Below are positions 26,789 through 39,464 of a DNA stretch of 64,000 nt, piece by piece. Where the stretch lies: positions 32,001-96,000 of the forward strand of contig JAVLKG010000004.1 in NCBI GenBank assembly GCA_032128875.1, given 5' to 3'. Source of the stretch: Candidatus Melainabacteria bacterium 17Bon1m. Lineage in GTDB: Bacteria; Cyanobacteriota; Vampirovibrionia; Obscuribacterales; Obscuribacteraceae. Every line of letters starts with the position of its first letter. Within the stretch, counting starts at the first letter, position 1. A program made the translations under genes and the position numbers. Under the pieces are notes generated by a model. It ran no database searches. It was not told the origin of the DNA and saw only the letters and a program-made list of their open reading frames with translations.

Positions 26789-28372
26789 ATGACTATGCAA
26801 AAGCCATCTCCTAAAGGTCCTACTATTCAGCGGCTACAAAGCCGCCCGCTTTTGAGCGACCTGCAGAAGAACCTGGCCCAGGCTGAATCAAAACCGGGAA
26901 ATAAGGTCGTGGTCTCCTGGGGCGACTCCCAGACAGGCGCCGAATATACGCTCAGCGTCGAGGCCAATAATATTGGGGACGATCCTGAATGGCGCATGCA
27001 TATCTTCAATGAAGCGGTCGCCAAAATCTTGTGGATGTACGTGTCCTCCGACCCTGTGGTCGTCTACAACCTCGTCACCTCGTCGCTTCCGGAGGATGAA
27101 AGGCAGCCTCGTAAGTATGATGGCAGTCTGGTCGAAGGCATTCCGCGCGAGCAGGAAGTCACCTCCAGGCAAACCCGCGATAACCAACCAGTTGACGGTT
27201 ACAACGGTTCGGGCGAGCCCAAGGAAACACCAAAGAAGGCCGGATTAGCCGGCGATCTTTCTCTTGTTCAGGTCACCAATTTGCTTCCATCCATGCAGAT
27301 GGCACGGATGACCGGAAAGCTTACTTTCGAAAACGCGCATTGCCGCACCCACGTGTACTTTGAGGACGGAGCGCCCGTCCACGCATACTCGGAGGAGGAA
27401 GAGGGGCAGGATGCTTTGCTCGAGGTTTTGACCTGGAAAGAAGGTCATTTCAAATTTCACCCCAAAGAAGCTGCACCTAAGAAAACTGTCGATCAGCCTC
27501 TCGATACGCTGATGCTTAAGGGCGTCAAGATCATCGATTGCGCCACTTTTCTCTCTAGCGCCGGTATCGATGCGGATTCGCTGCTGGACAAAAAGCAGAC
27601 GAGTCTCACGAAAGAAGAATTCGACGAGATAGTCAACTCATCCAAACTAGATACAACATCGCTCAAGAAGCTATACGATCGCTTCAATTCGACGACGACA
27701 CTGGCAGAAGCCGCCCGGGGATTGGGCTTGCCCCGGAGCAAATGGGCTGGTCTCGTGGCACAACTTTTGCGCCTCGACTTGATCAAAAAGTGCGAGCCCA
27801 AAATGGCAAGCAGCGTATTGATGCCGAAAATGATCGACTCTGACGCCATAGCCGCCATTGCAAATAGCCTCCGCAACCGGGAATCCGGTATGTACACTTA
27901 TGAGGCTTTTCTATATTTCCTCGAACAAGAATACGTGCGTCGCTTCAGAACCGAGAGCGATATCTCGGTGATTGTCTTTGAGATGAAAACCATCAGACAG
28001 GGCTCGGTGACTGTCAGAGAGCCACTCAGCATGGAGAATATCAGCGCAGCATGCAAGCGGCTCGATCTCATGAAGCGACCTACTGATCTCTGCTGTCACT
28101 ATGAAGGTACTGATTTTGCCTTCCTCTTGCCGAACACAAAAGCGCAAGGCGCGTCGATTTTTGCTCAGCGTATATTAGACAACTTCAGGAAAGAACCCCT
28201 AGAAACCGCCAATGGCAGCGAGCTTGCGCTCTCCATGGGCATAGCCGGCATGCCTGACGATTTCCTCGATCCGCCGTTTTTGCTTGCTGGTGCCGAAGCC
28301 GCGAAAAACGAATCTGTAAGAAGCAACGTCAACATCGTCAAGTTCAAAGACTTGCCCGACATGATGATGTAG
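26789..28372 (+). CDS. DUF4388 (PatA-N-like) + degenerate GGDEF protein
   Basis: LAGDLSLVQVTNLL...TGKL..VYFEDG.PVHA...G.DALLEVLTWKEGHFKF; GGDEF fold with RPTD I-site and YEGTDF replacing GGEEF. Confidence 0.8.
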   Translation: MTMQKPSPKGPTIQRLQSRPLLSDLQKNLAQAESKPGNKVVVSWGDSQTGAEYTLSVEANNIGDDPEWRMHIFNEAVAKILWMYVSSDPVVVYNLVTSSLPEDERQPRKYDGSLVEGIPREQEVTSRQTRDNQPVDGYNGSGEPKETPKKAGLAGDLSLVQVTNLLPSMQMARMTGKLTFENAHCRTHVYFEDGAPVHAYSEEEEGQDALLEVLTWKEGHFKFHPKEAAPKKTVDQPLDTLMLKGVKIIDCATFLSSAGIDADSLLDKKQTSLTKEEFDEIVNSSKLDTTSLKKLYDRFNSTTTLAEAARGLGLPRSKWAGLVAQLLRLDLIKKCEPKMASSVLMPKMIDSDAIAAIANSLRNRESGMYTYEAFLYFLEQEYVRRFRTESDISVIVFEMKTIRQGSVTVREPLSMENISAACKRLDLMKRPTDLCCHYEGTDFAFLLPNTKAQGASIFAQRILDNFRKEPLETANGSELALSMGIAGMPDDFLDPPFLLAGAEAAKNESVRSNVNIVKFKDLPDMMM

Positions 28373-28378
28373 GCAATC

Positions 28379-28458
28379 GTGGGGGCGCGTTGCACGCGCC
28401 CGTTTTTGTAGGGGTGATGCCATGCATCGCCCTCGGGCGGCATGTATGCCGCTCCTGC
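28379..28458. repeat. REP cluster between convergent genes
   Basis: GTGGGGGCGCGTTGCACGCGCCC; GTAGGGGTGATGCCATGCATCGCCC; GGGCGGCATGTATGCCGCTCCTGC. Confidence 0.85.
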
Positions 28459-28470
28459 AGCGGAGCTTGG

Positions 28471-31300
<2,830 letters not shown>

Positions 31301-31304
31301 TAAT

Positions 31305-31362
31305 GTAGGGGCAACGCCTCGCCCGTCTAAATAATGTGGTCGACGCATGGCGTCGACCCTAC
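31305..31362. repeat. Inverted REP pair (REPIN-like) between convergent tgt and pspA
   Basis: GTAGGGGCAACGCCTCGCCC (+) and GGTCGACGCATGGCGTCGACCCTAC (-). Confidence 0.8.
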
Positions 31363-31390
31363 AATAAGTGCGCGTGCAAAGCGTCCAGGT

Positions 31391-32143
31391 CTAATTTTCT
31401 AGTTCTTTTACTTCTTGCGCGTCGACTGAATCGCTGTCTTTGACTTCGATGAGCACAGGCTCTTTGACCGAGAGCTTGGGGGTTTCGGTTGCCTTGCCCA
31501 TGCTGCCTTTGAGTGCGAGCAATTCCATTTCGATATCCGTCTTGCCTTCGAAGTTCTTGAACTGTTTGTCGAGTTGGTCGGTGCCCAACTCAGCAAGCGC
31601 AGCTGCACGTGCTTCGCGCTCCTGGACTTTGGTTTCCATTTTCTCGATCACATTCATAGCACCCGAAGCTGTCGTCTTCGAGAGAATTTCGTTGGCTTTG
31701 CTGGTCGCTTGAGCCGCTTTGTCGCGAGCGATGAGAACTTGCTTTTTCGTATATGCCTTCTGTACTTCGGCTTCCAAATCCGTGAGGCGCTGTCTGAGAG
31801 TATTTGTGGTTTCTTTTTGAACCTTTAACTGCGCTTCGAGATCTGTGGCAGCTTGTTGGTACTGCTGTTTACGCTGCAGCGCCTGTTTTGCCAGATCGTC
31901 GTTGTTCTGCTGAACAGCCATCGCCGCGCGGTTGTGCCACGTCTCGGCTTGTTCTTTATTCTTCTGGAGTTGCTGCTCGAGTTGCTTTTCTGTCGCAATC
32001 GCTTGAGCTACAGCCTGGCGAACTTGAATCAGGTTCGACTGGAGGTCTTGATAGGTTTGTTCCAGCATTATCTGGGGATCTTCCATTCGTCCCAGCAAGG
32101 CGTTGAACATAGCCTTCACTAAGTTGGCTAGCCTGTCGAACAT
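31391..32143 (-). CDS. pspA: PspA/IM30 (Vipp1-like) family protein
   Basis: MFDRLANLVKA..N.LLGRMEDPQIMLEQ, RQAVA, DDLAKQAL, MELLALK, plus a ~30-aa C-terminal extension. Confidence 0.92.
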   Translation of the reverse strand: MFDRLANLVKAMFNALLGRMEDPQIMLEQTYQDLQSNLIQVRQAVAQAIATEKQLEQQLQKNKEQAETWHNRAAMAVQQNNDDLAKQALQRKQQYQQAATDLEAQLKVQKETTNTLRQRLTDLEAEVQKAYTKKQVLIARDKAAQATSKANEILSKTTASGAMNVIEKMETKVQEREARAAALAELGTDQLDKQFKNFEGKTDIEMELLALKGSMGKATETPKLSVKEPVLIEVKDSDSVDAQEVKELEN

Positions 32144-32483
32144 GTGCTGATAACTCCTTTTTACTGGCTTCTATTTGAACTGGACCGGTTTTGCGCCCGT
32201 TGTTGCCAATAATTGGTCGCAAAGGCCTTTGAATAATATGGATTAAATGTAGTGTAGCAAAGTCACACTTAACCTTATGCCCCATTTTCAGACTATCTGC
32301 GCCCTGGCAACCTGGTATGTCCACGGGACCTGCCAAGATTTTTAGGACGTGATGACGATTTTGTACCCGTCAAGCCGTCACCTGGCACTTTTAGCCTTCC
32401 TTACTGTCTAGTCTGGGGTACGCTACTCCTTAAGACTCAGGTGACAAATTTTGGTTTCTACAGGTCTCGATAGATTTCGAATT

Positions 32484-32801
32484 ATGAAAGACACAGATAA
32501 AGCATCATCCGGGCCAAGCGGCTTTCAACGCAATATGTTTGTCGTCTCTGACTTGGTTCTGGGCGCGGCGCTGCTTGTTCTGCTTGGAATGTGGGCTGGC
32601 AACTTTGCTGATGACAAGCTGCATACGGCCCCGTGGGGCTCGATCGGTTTGTCGCTTCTGGGAGCTGGGCTGGGCTTGTGGCGCATGGTCAAGAAGGCCA
32701 CTTCGCTCGACACCCCCGGCACTCCGGCAGGCGCCAAGCCGATTCCATTCAAAAATGACTATGAAAATGACTATGACGCGGAAGATGAGAAAAAGAGTTA
32801 A
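32484..32801 (+). CDS. atpI: AtpZ/AtpI-family ATP synthase accessory protein
   Basis: Two TM helices with GMWAGNFADDKLHTAPW..G...G motif, first gene of the atp cluster. Confidence 0.8.
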   Translation: MKDTDKASSGPSGFQRNMFVVSDLVLGAALLVLLGMWAGNFADDKLHTAPWGSIGLSLLGAGLGLWRMVKKATSLDTPGTPAGAKPIPFKNDYENDYDAEDEKKS

Positions 32802-33010
32802 CTCAGATAGTTAAGGTTCTGTGTGGGGCGTCCAGTCGCGTAAATGTCATCTGATATTATTCATCTCCAGTGCGCTTCCTCTTTGGAAACCGCGCCGGAC
32901 CGGCTCAGTGTGAACAATTCGCGTTGATAAGAGTAATTGTCATAGCGCATATACCGCTGAAATAGCCGTTAGACATATCCCACATCATTTCAAAGAACCC
33001 GGAATAAGAG

Positions 33011-33775
33011 ATGCTCGGACAAAATTTGCCCCTCAAGGAAGTTGTACATGACGCCTCGTGGCTTTCTGAGCCATTTCTAGGAGTACCGCAGCTGGGCACT
33101 TACGGTGACATCCACATCGATACCCTGGTTACTAGCTGGCTCTGCATGGGCTTCATTCTCACCTCATGCGCGCTCATCGTGCCTGCGATGACAAATAAAG
33201 GAGCTGGTTCGAACGCTCAGCAAGTTCTGGAAATGATTTATACGTTCGTTGAAGACCTTATCAAGGGTTTGATGGGTCATCATTACAAGAAATATTTGCC
33301 GCTTATTGCAGCAATCTTTATGTTTGTATTAACGGCGAATTTCATCGGAGTTGGCCCCTGGCTCGCGTTGGAGCACTGGGCACCTCAAATGGGAATTACC
33401 TGGCCGCATGTCGACCATAAACCATTCGAAATTTGCTCGCCAACCACTGATTTCAACGTCACTTTCGGGCTCGCGTGCATCTCACTCATCGTCTATGTAG
33501 TCTCCGGATTCATGGCTCACGGTGCGGGTTATCTCAAGCTTTACCTCAACCCGATTGAGTGGATGGACCTCATCATTCGCCCAGCCACACTGGCTCTTCG
33601 TCTTATGATGGTTATCACCGCAGACGAGTTGATGCGTGCTGCAGCAATCGGAATGGTCCCAGCGCTTGTACCTACTGGCGTTATGGCGTTCGAACTCTTT
33701 ATCGGTGTGATTCAAGCGTTCGTATTCGCGCTTCTCACCTCGATCTACATCGGTTTGACTCTGGAACATCACTAA
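33011..33775 (+). CDS. atpB: ATP synthase F0 subunit a
   Basis: PTTDFNVT, RPATLALRL..ITADEL, IQAFVFALLTSIYI. Confidence 0.93.
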   Translation: MLGQNLPLKEVVHDASWLSEPFLGVPQLGTYGDIHIDTLVTSWLCMGFILTSCALIVPAMTNKGAGSNAQQVLEMIYTFVEDLIKGLMGHHYKKYLPLIAAIFMFVLTANFIGVGPWLALEHWAPQMGITWPHVDHKPFEICSPTTDFNVTFGLACISLIVYVVSGFMAHGAGYLKLYLNPIEWMDLIIRPATLALRLMMVITADELMRAAAIGMVPALVPTGVMAFELFIGVIQAFVFALLTSIYIGLTLEHH

Positions 33776-33837
33776 GGTTTTTGCTGACAAATTCAGCTGA
33801 AAGCCTGATGGACAGTGGCTCTGAAAAATCAAAACGG

Positions 33838-33867
33838 CGAGCTTTTCTCTTGAAAAGCTCGTTTTTT
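33838..33867 (+). terminator. Intrinsic terminator after atpB
   Basis: CGAGCTTTTC-TCTT-GAAAAGCTCG followed by T6. Confidence 0.75.
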
Positions 33868-33979
33868 CGCATGTATTCGGGGTTTCGCGCGCCTTTCACC
33901 ATGAATGGAAATTTACCTGGCGTACCCGTTGACGACCCCGAAAACCGCATAGATTCGACAAAAACGTCAGATCACCTCT

Positions 33980-33988
33980 TGTTATAAT
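33980..33988 (+). promoter_or_regulatory. Extended -10 promoter element upstream of atpE
   Basis: TGTTATAAT ~140 nt upstream of the atpE start, downstream of the atpB terminator. Confidence 0.5.
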
Positions 33989-34129
33989 TTGGGCTGGTTC
34001 GATTGGTTCGTTCCAAGCGAATGCGCTCACGTTCTCACAATTTTGTGAATCGAACGAGGACAACCAATTTTTTAGTACGGCGTAAGCCTGGCTAAGTAGT
34101 CAAAAAAACAGACGTTAAGGAGATCAACT

Positions 34130-34420
34130 GTGGACCACACACTCATTGCCCAAGCTGGAACAGCAGCTGTTGACAGCACAACCATGATCAAAGCAGCAGC
34201 TTTGGTTGGTTCTGGCATCGCCGCAGTCGGCGTAATCGGACCTGGTATCGGTATCGGCGTAGCCGGTTCTAGAGCTCTGGAAGGCATGGCACGTCAACCT
34301 GAAATGGCCCAAAAGCTCTTGGTTAACGCCATCATCATCGCCGCCCTCATGGAAGCTCTCGGTCTTTTGGCATTCGTTATCGCCATCCAGCTCTTCCAAT
34401 TCGGCAGCAAAGTTGGCTAA
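34130..34420 (+). CDS. atpE: ATP synthase F0 subunit c (H+-type signature)
   Basis: GPGIGIG, ARQPE, MEALG; SD AAGGAG; lacks the Q...ES/T...Y Na+ signature. Confidence 0.95.
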   Translation: MDHTLIAQAGTAAVDSTTMIKAAALVGSGIAAVGVIGPGIGIGVAGSRALEGMARQPEMAQKLLVNAIIIAALMEALGLLAFVIAIQLFQFGSKVG

Positions 34421-34540
34421 AAAACGGCACTTGTGTTGAACGGCCTGTCAGGCAGGCCGTCCGCGATCGAGTGAACATACCGATTTTCCCGATTTATTCG
34501 GGTATCTCATTCAGGAATTCCATTTAGGAAACAGGACGAA

Positions 34541-35017
34541 ATGTTCGAGTTAAACGGCACTTTCATCATCTTTATCGCCAGCTTTCTTGTTTTCATGTTC
34601 TTGCTCAACGAGATCATGCTCAAGCCGGTTGGCAAAGCAATTGCAGATCGCAAGGCACTCGTAGCCGAGCACCTTGAGGTCAGCAAATCGAGCCGCCTCA
34701 AAGCGGAGTCCGAGCTTGTCGCTCACCAGGACAAAATCAACAGTGCCCGCCACGAAGCGGCGGGTGTTCGCAACGAAGCAGCTGTGGCAGCACAGAAGAT
34801 TCGTGACGAGAAGTTGAAGAATGTCCAGGACCAGGGACGCAAAAAGCTCGATGCAGCCAAAACAGATTTGGTTGCCGAGAAGAAAGCGCTCGTTGAAGGT
34901 CTTGTCGATCAAGAGCTGGAGTTGGTCAATTCAATCTCCAAGAAGCTTTTGGGCGAATCGGCCAAGACCAATGTTGATCGCGAAAAGGTTCGCAAAGTTC
35001 TCGAGGAAGTCTGCTGA
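34541..35017 (+). CDS. atpF2: ATP synthase F0 subunit b'
   Basis: MFELNGTF..FIASFLVFMFLLN...KPV, coiled coil, position between c and b. Confidence 0.88.
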   Translation: MFELNGTFIIFIASFLVFMFLLNEIMLKPVGKAIADRKALVAEHLEVSKSSRLKAESELVAHQDKINSARHEAAGVRNEAAVAAQKIRDEKLKNVQDQGRKKLDAAKTDLVAEKKALVEGLVDQELELVNSISKKLLGESAKTNVDREKVRKVLEEVC

Positions 35018-35667
35018 TGTATCTCTTTGCTGCTCAAGTTGAAACTCACACGCCTGATGTCGAAGAGACACACGCAAGTGAAGCTGCACCCACAAATGCT
35101 GAACATAATGAAGGGCACGGAGCTGGTCATGAAGCTGGGCTTTTCGATAACAACTTCATCAACTGGCTTTTGCTGCTCGCTTTCCTGGGTTGGTTGATTC
35201 AGAAAAATATGCCCCCGCTTTTCAAAGCTCGTCGCGAATCGATTGACAATGAGATTAGCGCCGCACAACAAGCCAAAGACGAAGGCATCGCTTTTCTTGA
35301 AGAACAACGCAAGAAGCTGGCCAATGTCGAGGAAGAAACCAAGAAAATTCTTGCCGACGCCAAGACTGCCGCTCAGCAAACTGCATCATTGATTGAAGAG
35401 CAGACCTCGAAAGAGATGGCTGAATTGCTCGTCAAATTCGAGGCTTCGATTCAAAACGAAAGACAGCTTCTCGTCACCGAAATGCGCTCTGCAGTCGTAA
35501 AAGCGGCTGTGGCAATTTCGGAAGAGCAATTGCGTCACCAAGTCAATGACAAAGTGAAAGACGAATTGCTCACCAAGTTCATGTCTGAGCTCGACACCAT
35601 CGCTAGTACCGGAGAAAGCTTCGAGCCGGGAAAGCTTGAGTCGGCCGCCCACAGCAGAAACAACTAA
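35017..35667 (+). CDS. atpF: ATP synthase F0 subunit b
   Basis: LFDNNFINWLLL, RRESIDNEI, coiled coil. Confidence 0.9.
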   Translation: MYLFAAQVETHTPDVEETHASEAAPTNAEHNEGHGAGHEAGLFDNNFINWLLLLAFLGWLIQKNMPPLFKARRESIDNEISAAQQAKDEGIAFLEEQRKKLANVEEETKKILADAKTAAQQTASLIEEQTSKEMAELLVKFEASIQNERQLLVTEMRSAVVKAAVAISEEQLRHQVNDKVKDELLTKFMSELDTIASTGESFEPGKLESAAHSRNN

Positions 35668-35681
35668 AGGAGACTTGTCGG

Positions 35682-36233
35682 ATGAGAACGGAACTGCAGG
35701 GAGTAGCGGCGCAATACGCTGAAGCTGCGCTCGATCTTGCATCTGCCGCCGGTGGTAATACCGCCGATGCTGTCGGCGACGATCTGCAATTGATCAATCA
35801 GTTGCTAGAACAAAATCGTCAGTTTGCCACAGTGCTCGAACTTCCTTCTGTCAATGCAGAAGAAAAGAAGGCGCTCCTGAAAGACATATTTAAGGGCAAA
35901 GTAAATGAGCTGACCTTGCGTCTGCTCGACCTGCTTGCCGACAAGCGCAGGCTGGAAATTTTGGGACCACTTGAGCATCAATATAGAGAGTTGCTCAATA
36001 AGAAGAACAATCTGGTTTCGGCAAGTCTCGTCAGCTCGGAAAAACTGAGCGACCAGGCAATTGCCAATATCAAAGCGCGTTTGACCGAGCACCTCGGCAA
36101 GCGTCTGGAATTGGAAGTGAATGTAGACCCTTCGCTTATCGGTGGAGTAGTACTTCGCCTTGGCGACCAAGTAATTGACGGCAGCCTCAAAGGGCAGTTG
36201 AAAGCAATAGAAAAAGCCTTATTGGCTGTGTAA
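35682..36233 (+). CDS. atpH: ATP synthase F1 subunit delta
   Basis: AAQYAEA, LLADKRRL, VDPSLIGGVVLRLGDQVIDGSL. Confidence 0.95.
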   Translation: MRTELQGVAAQYAEAALDLASAAGGNTADAVGDDLQLINQLLEQNRQFATVLELPSVNAEEKKALLKDIFKGKVNELTLRLLDLLADKRRLEILGPLEHQYRELLNKKNNLVSASLVSSEKLSDQAIANIKARLTEHLGKRLELEVNVDPSLIGGVVLRLGDQVIDGSLKGQLKAIEKALLAV

Positions 36234-36269
36234 ACCAAAAGAGAAACTAAAAGAGGTTCAAAGAAGACC

Positions 36270-37793
36270 ATGGCAATCAAGCCCGATGAAATCACATCCA
36301 TCTTGAAAGCGCAGCTGGATAAGTACCAAGCGTCGCTCAACGTCAGCAACGTTGGTAGCGTGCTTCAGGTAGGCGACGGTATCGCCCGCGTATACGGCAT
36401 GGAAAAGGCGATGTCCGGCGAGTTGGTCGAGTTTGCCGATGAAGACAAAACATACGGCATGGTTCTCAACCTTGAAGAAGACAACGTCGGTGTCGTTATT
36501 CTCGGCGAGGGCAGGAAAATTCGTGAAGGCATGGAAGTGCGCACGACAGGCCGCATCGCCTCGACACCGGTTGGCGAAGCAATGCTCGGTCGTGTTGTAA
36601 ACGCGATTGGTCTGCCAATCGACGGCAAAGGACCAATTGCCACCACTGAATACCGTCCGATTGAAATTAAGGCACCTGGTATCGTCGCCCGCCAGTCGGT
36701 TTGCGAACCGCTTATGACCGGCATCTCCGCTATCGACGGCATGATCCCAGTCGGTCGTGGACAGCGCGAACTTATCATCGGCGACCGTCAGACCGGTAAG
36801 ACCGCTATCGCTATCGATACGATCTTGAACCAGAAGAATCAGCCCAACCGCCCGATTTGCATCTACGTTGCAATCGGTCAAAAGGAATCCAACGTCGGTC
36901 GTATCGTCAAAATTCTCGAAGAGCATGGCGCGATGGAATACTCCATCATCGTTGACGCTTCGGCAACAACCGCACCGGCACTGCAATTCTTGGCACCGTA
37001 CACCGGCGCATCGCTCGGCGAATACTTCATGCACAAAGGTCAACACGCTCTCAACGTGTACGACGATTTGTCGAAGCACGCCGTTGCCTACCGCGCAATG
37101 TCGCTCCTGCTCCGTCGTCCGCCAGGTCGTGAAGCTTATCCGGGTGACGTATTCTACTTGCACAGCCGCTTGCTGGAACGCGCCTCGAAGCTCTCAGAAA
37201 AACTCGGCGGTGGTTCGCTCACAGCTTTGCCGATCATCGAAACCCAAGCCGGTGACGTATCTGCATACATCCCGACCAACGTTATCTCCATCACCGACGG
37301 TCAAATCTTCCTTGAAACAGATTTGTTCTACGCCGGTGTCCGTCCCGCTATCAACGCAGGTATCTCGGTTAGCCGGGTAGGTGGTGCCGCTCAAACCAAA
37401 GCCATGAAGATGGTTGCCGGTAAGCTGCGTCTCGACCTTGCGCAGTTCAGAGAATTGGAAGCATTCGCACAGTTCGCTTCCGACCTCGACAAAGCAACGC
37501 AAGATCAAATCCGCCGCGGTCAAAAATTGACCGAAGTATTGAAGCAACCGCAATTCCAGCCGCTGTCCTTGGCTCAGCAAGTCTCCATCATCTACGCCGC
37601 CAACAACGGCTTGCTTGATGACATTGAGCAAAAGGATATTCAGAAGTTCAAAGGCGAATGGTTCAAGTTCCTCGCTGCCCAGTCGAAAGATCTGGAAGGC
37701 AAGATCAACTCGGGCGACAAGCTGACTAAGGAAGACGAAACCGCCCTCACCGACGCAATCAAGAACTTCAAGACCAACTTCTTCAATAAGTAG
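36270..37793 (+). CDS. atpA: ATP synthase F1 subunit alpha
   Basis: [37 protein letters not shown]. Confidence 0.99.
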   Translation: MAIKPDEITSILKAQLDKYQASLNVSNVGSVLQVGDGIARVYGMEKAMSGELVEFADEDKTYGMVLNLEEDNVGVVILGEGRKIREGMEVRTTGRIASTPVGEAMLGRVVNAIGLPIDGKGPIATTEYRPIEIKAPGIVARQSVCEPLMTGISAIDGMIPVGRGQRELIIGDRQTGKTAIAIDTILNQKNQPNRPICIYVAIGQKESNVGRIVKILEEHGAMEYSIIVDASATTAPALQFLAPYTGASLGEYFMHKGQHALNVYDDLSKHAVAYRAMSLLLRRPPGREAYPGDVFYLHSRLLERASKLSEKLGGGSLTALPIIETQAGDVSAYIPTNVISITDGQIFLETDLFYAGVRPAINAGISVSRVGGAAQTKAMKMVAGKLRLDLAQFRELEAFAQFASDLDKATQDQIRRGQKLTEVLKQPQFQPLSLAQQVSIIYAANNGLLDDIEQKDIQKFKGEWFKFLAAQSKDLEGKINSGDKLTKEDETALTDAIKNFKTNFFNK

Positions 37794-37799
37794 AGAAAA

Positions 37800-38681
37800 A
37801 TGGCAAACCTAAAAGCAATTAGAAACCGAATCAAGTCGGTGCAATCTACGCAAAAAATCACCAAAGCCATGAAGATGGTGGCGGCGGCTAAAGTGCGTCG
37901 GGCACAGATGAAGATGATGGCGGCAAGACCGTTTACGCAAGCCGTTGTCGGCATGCTCAAGCGGGCAGTGTCGGAAATCGCTGAAATCGATTTGCAAGGC
38001 TTGCAGCTTCTAGAAAGACGGCCAATCAAAACGGTTGCAGTGATCATTCTGTCGTCAGACCGCGGCTTGTGCGGCGGCTACAACAGCGTCATCTTCCGTG
38101 AAGCGATGATTCGCATCAGGCAACTTCAAGAAGAAAAGAAAGAAGTCAAACTCATTCTTATCGGATTGAAAGCAGCGGCGTTCTTCAAATCAATCAAGAT
38201 TGAAAAAATCAAGCAACACACCAACCTGCCGGCGATCCCGACGGTTGAAGTGGCCCGATTGATTGCGCAAGAAGCTGCCGACCTCTACGTCGAAAAGAAA
38301 GTCGACGCAGTGGAATTGATAGGATCAGACTTCATCAACCTCTTGCGCTCGCGAGTCATCAATACGAAAGTCTTGCCAATCGAACTGCCTGCCAGAGAAG
38401 AGACCGGAATGCCTTCTGCAGAAACCCTCTTCGAGCCTTCGATCATCGATGTTATGCGCCTAGAGCTTCTGCCGAAATACATGGAAAACGTAATCTTCCA
38501 AGGCTTGCTCGAAGCATCTGCTTCCGAGTTGGCTGCCCGGATGAACGCCATGACGAACGCGTCCAATAACGCTCGCGACCTGATTTCCAGCCTCACTTTG
38601 GAATACAACAAAGCTCGTCAGGCTGGTATCACGCAAGAACTATTGGAAATCGTCGGCGGCGCCGAAGCGCTCAAAGGCTAG
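37800..38681 (+). CDS. atpG: ATP synthase F1 subunit gamma
   Basis: [44 protein letters not shown]. Confidence 0.97.
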   Translation: MANLKAIRNRIKSVQSTQKITKAMKMVAAAKVRRAQMKMMAARPFTQAVVGMLKRAVSEIAEIDLQGLQLLERRPIKTVAVIILSSDRGLCGGYNSVIFREAMIRIRQLQEEKKEVKLILIGLKAAAFFKSIKIEKIKQHTNLPAIPTVEVARLIAQEAADLYVEKKVDAVELIGSDFINLLRSRVINTKVLPIELPAREETGMPSAETLFEPSIIDVMRLELLPKYMENVIFQGLLEASASELAARMNAMTNASNNARDLISSLTLEYNKARQAGITQELLEIVGGAEALKG

Positions 38682-38713
38682 TTCGACCTGGTCTGGAAAA
38701 ATCATCAATGCAT

Positions 38714-38886
38714 ATACAGCGAAATTCTCGAGAATTTCGCTGTATCGCTTTTTTGAGTAAGTGTGCACTGGTGGGCTTTTGCGGCTATATTAATTTCGGA
38801 GCGAAATTTGCGTCCAAGAAAAATCGCCACAGGTTGGGGTTTCAAGGCTCTCAGGCACAGCGAAAAACTCGAGAATTTCGCTGTAT
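38714..38886. repeat. Duplicated ~30-bp palindrome after the atp operon; first copy probably acts as terminator
   Basis: ATACAGCGAAATTCTCGAGAATTTCGCTGTAT (38714-38745, perfect) and ACAGCGAAAAACTCGAGAATTTCGCTGTAT (38857-38886). Confidence 0.85.
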
Positions 38887-39090
38887 CTGAGTGAGCTGGG
38901 TTTGCTCACCACAGACCTTAATTGAATGCTTCGTTCTCTCATTGAATTTCTTGCTCGGCGCGCTGATAGTTCCAAGAGCAGATAAAATGCCGCCAATATT
39001 TGCCATCTGTAGCCGAATAACGCCGCCCGATGGCTAAAAACCTTGATCCTGCCAATGTTTTACTGGGCTGCCAATGGCTATAATCTTGGA

Positions 39091-39435
39091 ATGACAATGA
39101 CAGTAAATATGCCAAACCTCAAAATAGATATCCAACCGGCTCAAGCTGATGCCGGTAGCCAAACTGTCCAGACGGACCCAGCCGAGATTGCTGCGGCAAT
39201 GGCTTGTGTGTTTGCTGTTTTAAAATCGCGAGGATTGGTCCAGAGCGAACCAGAGACTCAGCGCGAGTCTAACTGGGGATTTGCGTCAAAACTCGAGGCA
39301 ATCGGGGAAGCCGAGGTCAAAGAGAGCCCGGTAAGAACCGCTAGCAACCGTACTCGAAGCAATTGGTGGACCGCTAGAAGCGCGCTTCTGTCTGCCATCA
39401 CAGCACTGTCAGGCGTTTTTTTTTACCTAGCGTAG
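39091..39435 (+). CDS. N-terminal part of the frameshifted SpoIID/LytB gene (or a small separate protein)
   Basis: ATG 39091 lies 6 nt after TATAAT; the ORF ends just after a T9 run in the middle of a hydrophobic segment. Confidence 0.6.
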   Translation: MTMTVNMPNLKIDIQPAQADAGSQTVQTDPAEIAAAMACVFAVLKSRGLVQSEPETQRESNWGFASKLEAIGEAEVKESPVRTASNRTRSNWWTARSALLSAITALSGVFFYLA

Positions 39436-39464
39436 CCATCGCTGCTAACGATAATGCAAATGAT

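Noticed and set aside
32425-32437. ACTCCTTAAGACT also occurs at 51011-51023, in another divergent intergenic region
   Set aside because: A single shared 13-mer is expected by chance in a window of this size
36258-37163. Long antisense ORFs (301 aa opposite atpA; others opposite asd, rseP and smc)
   Set aside because: Shadow ORFs caused by codon bias of conserved sense-strand genes
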